Source: Eledone cirrhosa (lineage: Eukaryota). Taken from it: DNA of 64,000 nucleotides. This document shows, piece after piece, positions 40,071-55,208 of this stretch. Below the pieces are notes generated by a model. That model ran no database searches. It had not been told where the DNA came from and saw only the letters and a program-made list of their open reading frames with translations. Positions within the stretch are counted from its first letter, which is position 1. Every line of letters starts with the position of its first letter. The position numbers and the translations under genes were made by a program. Where the stretch lies: NCBI GenBank assembly GCA_964016885.1, contig OZ024752.1, positions 50,344,001 through 50,408,000 of the forward strand, read 5' to 3'.

Positions 40071-40818
40071 TCTAACAAAAATAATTGCCTATGATCTGCA
40101 ATTAATCTTCTGTTTTTGTTTTTTTTTAATAATCAAGAATTTTGAGGGATTTAGTACAATATCTAACTTTTTCATTATTTATCTAATGTTTGGTGCATAA
40201 CCTAACAGAGGGACTTACATAAAAAAAACGTTTATTTTACTGCAAGAGGTTTTCTCGTTTTAATTGTTTCCTATCTCTTCTCCTCACCTCTCCATAGGCT
40301 ATCATTCCTTTAAGCATAGCTAAAGCTGCTTATTAAAATACATAATTATTATGTGCCTACAGATTTCAATCTTTCAATCTTCTGATTTTATAGACTGTGA
40401 TAGGCACCTGGTGACTTTGTGTGTTTTATGAGCAATTCTTTCTATAATCTCCATATTGCAATTTTTGTTAGACATCAATATTTATGAAATATGAACTCTA
40501 CAGCCTATGTGTTTCGCCATCCTACTTTCATATAATTATTAATTACTATCTGCTAAAGGTGGTGGATTGGGAGTATCAGTAGAATGCCGGACAACATGCT
40601 TTGTGGCATATAGTTATATGGAAAATATTATAGAAAATGTTTTCAATATAAACACTTTACAATAAACAGTCTTGTATCAGAAAAGCAGGGGCTGTTTCAG
40701 GTGGTTTGGTATCAAAAAGATTAACCGCTCTAATAGAATCTGCAACAATTATTCTTAAACACCTTATAAAGATATTTTTTTTATTCTTTTAATTTATATA
40801 TATATATATACATCAGGG

Positions 40819-40868
40819 TTCTCCTGATGATTTCCTTCGAATGAAACAGTTCTAGTCCTGTAGAAGCT
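40819..40868 (+). ncRNA. Hammerhead-like motif, degenerate
   Basis: CTGATGA-tTTC-cttc-GAAt-GAAA-CAG..CTG-TA; stem III ACAG/CTGT, GUA triplet; stem I is weak. Confidence 0.5.
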
Positions 40869-40975
40869 ATTTCTATATTAAATTTGATGTCTACAGTCTA
40901 CTAATGTATAACTTACCTACTGCGGTTACCCCCGATTGAACCCAGGACTCATATTTATATTTATATATATATATA

Positions 40976-41968
40976 TGGCTCTTATGGCAGAATCAGTAGA
41001 GGAGCTAGAGAATAAATTCCGGCTATGGAAACAGCAGTTGGAAGCAAGAGGACTGAGAGTAAATCTAGCTAAGACAAAAGTGTTGATGAGTAGAAAAGAG
41101 GACAAAACCCTGATTCCGTCAGGGAAATGGCCATGTTCGATATGCAGAAAAGGAACTGGCATAAATTCTATAAAATGCACACAATGTAGGTCCTGGGTAC
41201 ACAAGAGATGTAGCGGGATAGCAGGCAAACTAACAGGTAGGGAGAAATATGTATGCAGTAGATGTACAGGGAAATTAGACAGTAGAAGTCGCACTGATAG
41301 ACACATTTTTCAAATGCGAGAGGGCGCTATAGAAGTGGTGGATAGCTTCCGGTACCTAGGAGATCAGATTAGCATGGGAGGAGGGCGTTCCGAGGCCATA
41401 GTATCTAGAATAAGGACGGGTTGGAAGAAGTTTAGGGAGCTGCTTCCTCTGTTGACGAAGAAGGGTTTCTCCCTGCGTACGAAAGGCCGGTTGTATGATG
41501 CCTGTGTGAGGAGCGCGATGCTGCATGGTAGTGAGACATGGGCAGCTACCGCAGAAGATATGCGACGGCTGGAGAGAAATGAGGCAAGCATGCTCCGTTG
41601 GATGTGCAGTGTAAATGTGCGTGAACGACCCAGCATAAATGTGTTGAGAGAGAAACTGTGTCTGAGAGGGATAGAATGTAGTGTACGGGAGAGGAGACTG
41701 AGGTGGTATGGACATGTGATGCGCATGGAGGATGACCGATGGGTGAAGAAGTGCCAGGAAATGCCAGTTGAAGGAAGACGTGGTAGAGGTAGACCACGAA
41801 AAACATGGGCGGAGGTGGTGAGAACAGACCTCAGATCATTGAAGCTCACGGTGGAGATGACGAGGGACTGTGACGAGTGGAGAGATGCTGTGCTGAATAA
41901 GACCCGTCCCACCCTTGCAAGCAGGGAAAAGCGGACGTAAAATGATGATGATGATGATGATGATGATG
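40976..41968 (+). mobile_element. RTE-clade LINE, 5'-truncated, open frame: RT C-terminal part with an embedded C4HC3 finger
   Basis: GLRVNLAKTKV, VDSFRYLG, MLHGSETW, LRWYGHVMRM and GRPRKTW motifs; (GAT)n tail. Confidence 0.93.
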
Positions 41969-42330
41969 ATATGTGTTAGGTAATTCCGAAGAAAAAGCAA
42001 AGGAAAAAAGAGTGCTCTATGTACAGAACAGAGCTATTAATTAATTAACAGTATATTAATATTGACTGGGAACCAGAAACCTTTGGTAATGGAGTAGTAA
42101 TATTTTGTGTTCACTTTCTAATTATATGTATATATATATATGTGTGTGTGTGTGTGTATAAACCAAACGAAAAAGATATATATATATATATATATCAAAA
42201 GTATATATTGAGCCTGAAACTTAGAATATATTGAGTTGGAAACTCAGTGTAGTCCCTTACAATTAAAATAGCTCAAGGAAAAGATTTTTCCGGGCCTAGC
42301 AAATTTGGTCCCTTATAATTTTGAACACAG

Positions 42331-42370
<40 letters not shown>

Positions 42371-42579
42371 TTATCTCTCTTTATTATAGTGAATTATGTG
42401 TATATATAGAGAGAGAAAGAGCCATATATGGTATAGGAACCATATTATATTGTATATATACCAAATACATATTCCATAGAAGAATATGTACACTGGTAGA
42501 ATCGTTACATATTCTTCTATGGAATATCTATTTGGTATATATACAATATACTGTGTTTCTTATACAATATATGGTTCTT

Positions 42580-42613
<34 letters not shown>

Positions 42614-42713
42614 ACTTTTTAATTTGGTTTATTATGGCTCTAGATAATGTCTATTGAGCTGGCTTATTGAGAAACAAAATTCTAACATATTTGATTCACT
42701 ATTTATATATATA

Positions 42714-42745
<32 letters not shown>

Positions 42746-42899
42746 ATATATATATATTTATGAAGAAAAGAGATTATCACCATATGTAATAAAATTCAAA
42801 AACATATTACATCTCAAAAAAACTAAATTCCATGATGATGTCATAAAAATCTATATCTCATATATTCCACCAATATTTGTTTTATTCTTCAATGCAAAG

Positions 42900-42932
42900 A
42901 ATAACTAACAAACTCTAATATAGTGATCACAC

Positions 42933-42966
<34 letters not shown>

Positions 42967-43007
42967 ATCACACACACATAATTACACACACACATGCATA
43001 CAATCAT

Positions 43008-43065
<58 letters not shown>

Positions 43066-43216
43066 ATAAACTTTAATCTGTTATTTTAATAAATATATAT
43101 ATATATATATATATATGCAATCACACATATGTGCAATCAAACACACATACACACACATATAAATATATACGTATATACGATCACACACATATATATATAT
43201 ATAGACATGCACAATT

Positions 43217-43296
<80 letters not shown>

Positions 43297-43955
43297 GCTA
43301 GCGTGGAAGATGGACGTTAAACGATGATGATGATAATGACACACACACATACAAATACACATACACACACAAATCCAAAAGAAAAAAATATCTATTTTAT
43401 TTCTATGTTGATAAAAATTTGGATTCACAATTTTGTCAATAGTCATAAAATTTCAACAGTTGATATGGATTTTAATATGGTAACAATAAATTTTAATATA
43501 TGTAATACAGTCTTGGGAAATAAACTTAACATTCTACACTTACTCCTTATTTTCATTATTATTATCATGATCATTATTATTATTATTATCATCATTATTA
43601 TTATTATTATCCTTATTATTAGCAGCACCTTTTTTTTAGATAATGTTTTCATTTTGTTTTCGTTTTGCTTTAGCTTTTGCTTATATTTGTTGAACATATT
43701 TTCCTTTTTTTTTTAATAAAGTTACAAAGAGAAAACATAGCCTGCCTTTAGAAATAAACAGAATATAAAACTTAAGAGATAAAAATCAATTGGGAGTTGA
43801 TAGCAGTATGGCGGGGATGGTGGGGGTGGAGGTGATGGTGGCGATGGTGGGGAGGGATGCTAGAACTATACACCTATTCACAGGAATTTAAGCATAATTA
43901 TTAAAGAATATATTCAAGAAAAATAGGCCAACAAACTACCAATCAGGAATGTGCT

Positions 43956-43998
<43 letters not shown>

Positions 43999-44010
43999 AT
44001 GTGTGTGTGC

Positions 44011-44044
<34 letters not shown>

Positions 44045-44073
44045 ATGTGTGTGTGCATATATATATATATATA

Positions 44074-44125
<52 letters not shown>

Positions 44126-44139
44126 CATATATATATATG

Positions 44140-44172
<33 letters not shown>

Positions 44173-44670
44173 GCACACACACACATATATAAATATATAA
44201 GTACATATATATATACAATATATATATATACACATGCACATGTACATGTGTAAGTGTGTATATGAATACAGTATAAAATATACATATATTTATAATTTTA
44301 TATATATATTTTCATGAGTGTGTCAGTATAATTGCACATATATGGGTTTGTGTATATTTGATTATAGCAAGTGATATATACATCTATATATGTGTATGTG
44401 CATGTGTGTATATGTGTTTATGCATGTGTACATGTGCGTGTATGTATAAATATGTGCATATAATATATACATATAAAGCTATAGAGATAAAGAAATATGT
44501 ATGAACTATAAATGTGTGTATATGCTCACATATTTATAATTCTTTATATAATTGTATGTGCATATATACATATTTATATATGTGTGTGTTGCATTATATA
44601 TTTAAACTTAGATATGTATATATCATATATATATATGTGTATATATATATATAAAGAGAGAGAGAGAGAG
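42900..44670. repeat. Microsatellite-rich block (TA, CA, ATT)
   Basis: Read directly from the sequence. Confidence 0.85.
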
Positions 44671-44839
44671 AATCTGTGGTTCTAAGACCAAGGAGGCCAC
44701 TAATGAGAGTACTCAATGCATAGGGAGATACATAGTGGGTATAGAGTTATGTGAAATACCAAGCACTTCATGCTGTGGTCTGTAGTTTACATACTTTTCT
44801 CTATATATGTGTATATATGTGTGTGTGTATATATATATC

Positions 44840-45042
44840 ATCATCATTTTTTCATTTTACGTCCGGTTTTCCCTGCTTGCAAGGGTGGGACATGGTGTTA
44901 GGAAGGGCATCCAGCCGTAGAAAACCCGCCGGACAGTCCAAGACAACCAATCTTGCCTCAAGTGGGACAATTCCCATCCAGACCCATGCTAGCATGGAAA
45001 ATGGACGTTAAACGATGATGATGATGATGATGATGATGATGA
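44840..45042. mobile_element. Two oppositely oriented RTE-type retroposon tails fused head to head
   Basis: tttacgtccggttttccctgcttgcaagggtgggac (-) joined to ggtgttaggaagggcatcc...ggacgttaaac(gat)n (+). Confidence 0.7.
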
Positions 45043-45059
45043 TATATATATATATATAT

Positions 45060-45222
45060 GTAAAAGATAAATAGAAATAACAACACAAACAGTACAGTAT
45101 ATGGAAGGAATATATTAGTTTAAGGCTTGAAATAGCAGGAAGAGGGTCTTAACGTTTCGTACACTAGTCCTTCATCAGAAGAAAGAATGAGAAATTGGAA
45201 GGATTGAGGAGACAGGCAGGGC
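45060..45222 (-). mobile_element. Penelope-like terminal fragment with a minimal hammerhead (45147-45182)
   Basis: TCTT-CTGATGA-aGGAC-tagt-GTAC-GAAACGTT-AAGA; palindromic stem III as in Penelope minimal hammerheads. Confidence 0.65.
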
Positions 45223-45224
45223 AC

Positions 45225-45311
<87 letters not shown>

Positions 45312-45336
45312 AGACACATTTTTATATATATATATT

Positions 45337-45998
45337 GATAAACACATTTTTCAAATGCAGGTGGGTGCTATAGAAGTGGTGGATAGCTTCTGGTACCTAG
45401 GAGATCAGATTAGCATGGGAGGGGGGTGTTCCGAGGCCATAGTATCTAGAATAAGGACAGACTGGAAGAAGTTTAGGGAGTTGCTTCCTCTGCTGATGAA
45501 GAAAGGGTTCTCTCTGCGTACGAAAGGCCGGTTATATGGTGCCTGTGTGAGGAGCGCGATGCTGCATGGTAGTGAGACTTGGGCAGCAACTGCAGAGGAT
45601 ATGCGACGGCTGGAGAGAAATGAAGCAAGCATTCTCCGTTGGATGTGCAATGTCAATGTGCGTGAACGACCCAGCATGGATGTGTTGAGAGAGAAACTGT
45701 GTCTGAGAGGGATAGATTGTAGTGTGTGAGAGAGGAGACTTAGGTGGTATGGACATGTGATGCGCATGGAGGATGACCAATGGGTGAAGAAGTGCCAGGA
45801 AATGCCAGTTGAAGGAAGACGTAGTAGAGGTAGACCACGAAGAACATGGGCGGAGGTGGTGAGAACAGACCTGAGATTGCTGAAGCTCACGGTGGAGATG
45901 ACGAAGGACCGTGACGAGTGGAGAGATGCTGTGCTGAATAGGACCCATCCCACCCTTGCAAGCAGGGAAGAGCGGACGTAAAATGATCGTGATGATGA

Positions 45999-46000
<2 letters not shown>
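45337..46000 (+). mobile_element. RTE LINE, second copy, with one in-frame stop
   Basis: Highly similar to 41296-41968; ORFs 45307-45729 and 45757-45981 are in the same frame. Confidence 0.92.
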
Positions 46001-46050
<50 letters not shown>

Positions 46051-46254
46051 ACACATCCCTAGCCAGGTCTTCCAGAGATAGAGGGAGAAAACTAAGAACA
46101 GTACTGCACTCATATTTTATTTATTGGCCTCAAAATAATAATACACAAGATTTGAACTCAGCACAGATACTGAGATAAATACTGAGTAGTATTGACTACT
46201 ACATTCTAGCAGCTTTGCTGGTTCATTGCTTATTTATATATATATATATATATT

Positions 46255-46815
46255 AAAAAAGTGCAGGGCAATAAAAATAGAAGGTAGCCACGGAGTAGGC
46301 AGACCCAGAAAAACCTGGGACGACTTGATAAATTCCGACCTCACACACTTACACCTCTCCAAGACAATGTCACTGGACTGAGATCTTTGGCGGTACTCAG
46401 TAATAGTGAAGACCCGCCTTACCTAAATACAAAGTAAAACCTACTACAGTCAGTAGGCACTTCTAACAAAATACACCCCGTCCCACTACCCCCACCCCAT
46501 CCACACCACCTCTTTCAATGTAAAGTTATGTTGGTACCACAACATCCAGGCCGAAACAAATGAGGTCATGTAGGTGTCACGACAAAAAAACACACAGTCC
46601 ACGCTGTAATGTGGCCGTGTAGGTAACACGGTAAAAACCTCCCAGTTCCACACTGTAAATGTGGTTGGTGCTAGGAAGGGCATCCAGCCGTAGAAAACCT
46701 GCCAGACAGTCCTATGCGAGCAAGACAACCACTCTTGCCTCAAGTGGGAAAACTCCCGTCCAAACCCGTGCAAGCATGGAATATGGACGTTAAACGATGA
46801 TGATGATGATGATGA

Positions 46816-46820
<5 letters not shown>
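46255..46820 (+). mobile_element. Different RTE-family 3' end followed by a SINE B-like tail
   Basis: KKCRAIKIEGSHGVGRPRKTWDDLINSDL..; then ggaagggcatccagccgtag..ggacgttaaac(gat)n. Confidence 0.7.
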
Positions 46821-50300
<3,480 letters not shown>

Positions 50301-51187
50301 ATTCTTTATTCTACATTTATGTTCATTCTTTTTGTGAAATGAATGAAAGAAACTGAAGTCTTTCTTTTGACTTTCACTGAGCAAGCACATCAAATACATT
50401 TATAGATTTACTGGATGACTACACAACAGAACACAAAGAAACATTTAAAATATCCGAATATAAATGGTTAATTGCGATAAATATATCACATGGGATCGCA
50501 CATATATTTTATACATTGTAGGAAATTTAAAAAAATTTTTATTTTTGTGTGTGCTTCTTTGCTTCTTCTTCTTTTCAAGAAATTAAAAATGTTGAAGTTT
50601 CAATTTTTGGGCCATCATCAAATCATCCAATTATGATTAAATTCTTCCAAATGTGTCTCAATAAAGTAAAACGAACGCTAAATTGATCATTATCGAAAAA
50701 TGTTCCTTGATCAATGCACAATTATCAATAGCAGTGAAAATTATAATCTTTATATTGTATATTACTTTCCTTACACCAATTGATCATTTTCGATTTTGTT
50801 CGTTATGTAGTTGTGGAAAAATGAATGAAGAATCCAGTGGAACTACATATTCTTCTCTATTCAAAAATATTGATATATCTTTAATATCATAGGAGTAATT
50901 AAATCAACTGAAAATACAATATACTTACTTCTGGATGGCATTTTCAATGAAGAATTTTTATTGCCTGCCTGTCAAAAATGATAACATTAAAAGACAAAGT
51001 GGAAGAAATGCTTACATTATGCAATTATACCTTTTTGTCTTTAACGAAAAATAGATGTAAAAATAGATGTAAAAAATTATAAATTTATAAAGAGGGGGGG
51101 GGAGAAATGATCGAGTATAACATAATAATGTTAAATCAGCAATTATCAATAAAACTGTGTATGTGTATGTATGTGTATATATATATG

Positions 51188-51221
<34 letters not shown>

Positions 51222-51247
51222 TATATACATTTGGTTATATATATATA

Positions 51248-51313
<66 letters not shown>

Positions 51314-51526
51314 CATTGATATATATATATAAATATAAATATATATATATATGTATTTATGTATATATATCGATGTGTTTATATATAAATATATAACAAT
51401 ATATGTGGTGTGCATATGTATATATATACACACATACATATATATATATGCACACATATATATATCTAGGAATGCATATATATATATACATACATATGTG
51501 CATGTTTGTGTGGACATACATATATC

Positions 51527-51571
<45 letters not shown>

Positions 51572-51574
<3 letters not shown>

Positions 51575-51670
51575 AACGAGTAGGACCCCGACGGCTGAGC
51601 TCAAGCCGTTTCGACTACCCTAAGTATTGAGTACTTTGGTGTGTTATGGTCCACCTGGTTCCTTACCACA
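51572..51670 (-). repeat. Roughly 100-bp dispersed repeat abutting (TA)n; second copy at 52553-52658
   Basis: ggaccccgacggctgagctc..gccgtttc..ctaccctaagtat.gagtact..ttatggtccacctggttccttaccaca in both copies. Confidence 0.8.
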
Positions 51671-51679
51671 TTTCCTTCG

Positions 51680-51731
<52 letters not shown>

Positions 51732-52149
51732 ACAAACATGCACATTGACACAATCATTACATTTACACATGCTTGTCCATGTAAGCATGGGTTTGATAAG
51801 ACTTTTTAAATCGTAGTCCACTCTCTGACAAGACAATCATGTACAAGACAAGCTTCATTTTTCTTAGAGTATGGGGTTAACCGAGCAAAGAAGTACAGAC
51901 AACGTTATGGTCTATCGGATGTGAAGCAGATAAAAAGAAGCGCTCAACGGCCTGTATAAATGGTACAAGTCGGAGCATTATATATTCATCATCATCACCG
52001 TTTTACGTTCGTTCTTCCACGCTAGCATGGGTTAGATGGGTTGTCCTGTTGTGGGCAGTGTCTGGTCGGCTGACCATGCCTTGCTCATACAGGAACTATA
52101 TTAATTATATTAATAATCATAATCGGTTGATTCAGGTTTATTTAAAACT

Positions 52150-52210
52150 CTGTTATACATATTTCACTGAGGTCTATCAATTATGATAGCCTGAGCTCTT
52201 CAGATGGCAA
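52150..52210 (-). ncRNA. Type I hammerhead ribozyme motif, stem I eroded
   Basis: CTGAAGA-GCTCAGGCTATCA-taat-TGATAGACCTCAGT-GAAA-TATGTATA. Confidence 0.65.
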
Positions 52211-52510
52211 AACCTAAAATAAACATTGAAAGTTCCTAAGTAACCTTTAGATTTTGGAAAAATCCAATAATTTCCCCGAAAAAGATTTTCTTTTCGTGAT
52301 ATGGGAGGTCAGCCAAACACGTGTGGTTGTTTCTTAGATGGCTGGCCATAGTTGAAGAATCAACACCATGTGTTCAGCCAAACAGTACTCCACTTACTTC
52401 AGATATGACCTTACCTTCCGGTTTTTTCCGACACTATATATATACATATATATATGTGTGTGTATGTGTGTGTGTATACATACACATACATATACATATG
52501 TATAAACATA

Positions 52511-52556
<46 letters not shown>

Positions 52557-52661
52557 AAAAGAGTCAGGACCCCGACGGCTGAGCTCTGGCCGTTTCAACA
52601 GCCTACCCTAAGTATCGAGTACTCTGGTGCGTTATGGTCCACCTGGTTCCTTACCACACTT

Positions 52662-52845
52662 TCATCATCATCATCATCATCATTTTACGTCCGCTTTTCC
52701 CTGCTTGCAAAGGTGGGACGGATCCTATTCAGCACAGCATCTCTCCACTTGTCACGATCCTTCGTCATCTCCTCCGTGAGCTTCAACGATCTGTGATCTG
52801 CTCTCACCACCTCCGCCCATGTTTTTCGTGGTTTTCCTCTACTTT
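52662..52845 (-). mobile_element. RTE LINE 3' fragment
   Basis: Translates RGKPRKTWAEVVRADHRSLKLT... Confidence 0.88.
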
Positions 52846-52877
52846 CTTTGCTATATATATATATCATCATTTTCATT

Positions 52878-53446
<569 letters not shown>

Positions 53447-53491
53447 TCATTCAAAATATTAACAAAAATAGAACTTCATTGTGATCAAGTA

Positions 53492-53558
53492 TATTTTATT
53501 ATACATATTTCAGAGGTACTGAGCTAACTTCAACAGTACGTCCTCATCAGATAAAATA
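53492..53558 (-). ncRNA. Type I hammerhead ribozyme motif
   Basis: TATTTTAT-CTGATGA-GGACGTACTG..CAGTACCTCT-GAAA-TATGTATA-ATAAAATA. Confidence 0.78.
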
Positions 53559-53932
53559 AGATGATGCATGACATACCCTGACATAGTAGATGGTTAAGAT
53601 CCAGTCATGGTAGTAAAACTAATTCTTTGATTTATTCATTGAACCTTGTTTAACCTTTAAATATATATATATATATATACATAAAACACCACCAGTTAAT
53701 GATTATTGTGTTTTCCTATATACAGTATATAACAATGTTCCTCTATCCCTCCCTTCCACCTCCTCCTCCATCAGGCTACAAGACTCATTATTATTTATTG
53801 TAGATAGGCATTTTAGATAAGCAGAACACAAAATAATAAATGCCATTTTTCTGCCATAATATATTCACATTACACACATACACACGCACATCTATATATA
53901 TATATATATATATAAATATGTATGTATGTATG

Positions 53933-53968
<36 letters not shown>

Positions 53969-53998
53969 CTTATATATATATATATATATGTATGTATG

Positions 53999-54050
<52 letters not shown>

Positions 54051-54213
54051 TAAATACATGTATATATATAAACATATATACACATAAATATACATACATA
54101 CATACATATATATATGGATAAATATGTAAGTATAGATACATATACATACATTCCTACATACATACACATGTATATATACATGTGTGCATCTATGTATTTA
54201 TGTATACATACCT

Positions 54214-54290
<77 letters not shown>

Positions 54291-54614
54291 CATGTGTGCG
54301 AGCATGTATGTGTGTGCGTATTTACTCTCTCTCTCTGTACTTTTTTCCATCTAGATATTTAGTGACTACACTGAAAGGTTACTAACCAAGTGAGATGAAA
54401 ACCAAAGTGTAAATTCATTAGCAATGATTATATTAAACCAATATATCTGATTCTGACACATCATTAAACAATGTACACTTTGAACAAATACCATTGAGCC
54501 CTGAGCCCCTCATACACTTCGTGCTGGTTGTTTTTGATTTTATCTTAATTCTTTCTTCTTTTTGTTTTCAAATCACAGCAGTCAATTGATATTAGACAAT
54601 GTTGACTATTATTA

Positions 54615-55208
54615 GACCCTCTACGGTCTGAGTTCAAATCCCACTGAGGTTAGCTTTGCCTTTCATCCTTACGGGGGTCGATAAAATAAAGTACCAGTAA
54701 TGCACTGGGGTATTGCTGGCCTTGTGCCTAAAGTAGAAACAATTATTATTATTATTTTGTATTTCAAATCCCGCCGAGGTTAACTTTGCCTTTCATCCTT
54801 CCGGGGTCGATAGAATAAAGTACCAGTAATGCACTAGGGTAATTGCTGGCCTTGTGCCTAAAGTAGAAACAATTATTATTATGTATTGTCCTGTACCGTT
54901 CTGTGCCGCCTGTAATGTTTTTCTTCGTGTTAGCCCTTGTGGCCACTAAAGAAACCATTTTATTATTTTTATTATTATTATTATTATCATCATTATTATT
55001 AAGGGTGCGGGGGATTGGCAGTATCGGTAGAGGGTCGGACGCCATGCTTTCCAGCATAGTTACGTCCCTTTACGATCTGAGTTCAAATCCCGCCGAAGTT
55101 GACTCTGCCTTTCATCCTTACGGGGGTCGAGAAAATAAAGTACCAGTAATGCACTGGGATAATTGCTGGCCTTGTGCCAAAAGTAGAAATAATAATTATT
55201 ATTATTAT
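54615..55208 (+). mobile_element. Cluster of three SINE A copies and a short Tx1-like tail (54882-54960)
   Basis: Family homology; tgtattgtcc..gcccttgtggccactaaagaaa resembles 60925-60968. Confidence 0.85.

Noticed and set aside
50920-50985. Possible minus-strand donor GTAAGT
   Set aside because: The adjacent sequence does not translate to kinesin-like protein; it cannot be supported without transcripts.
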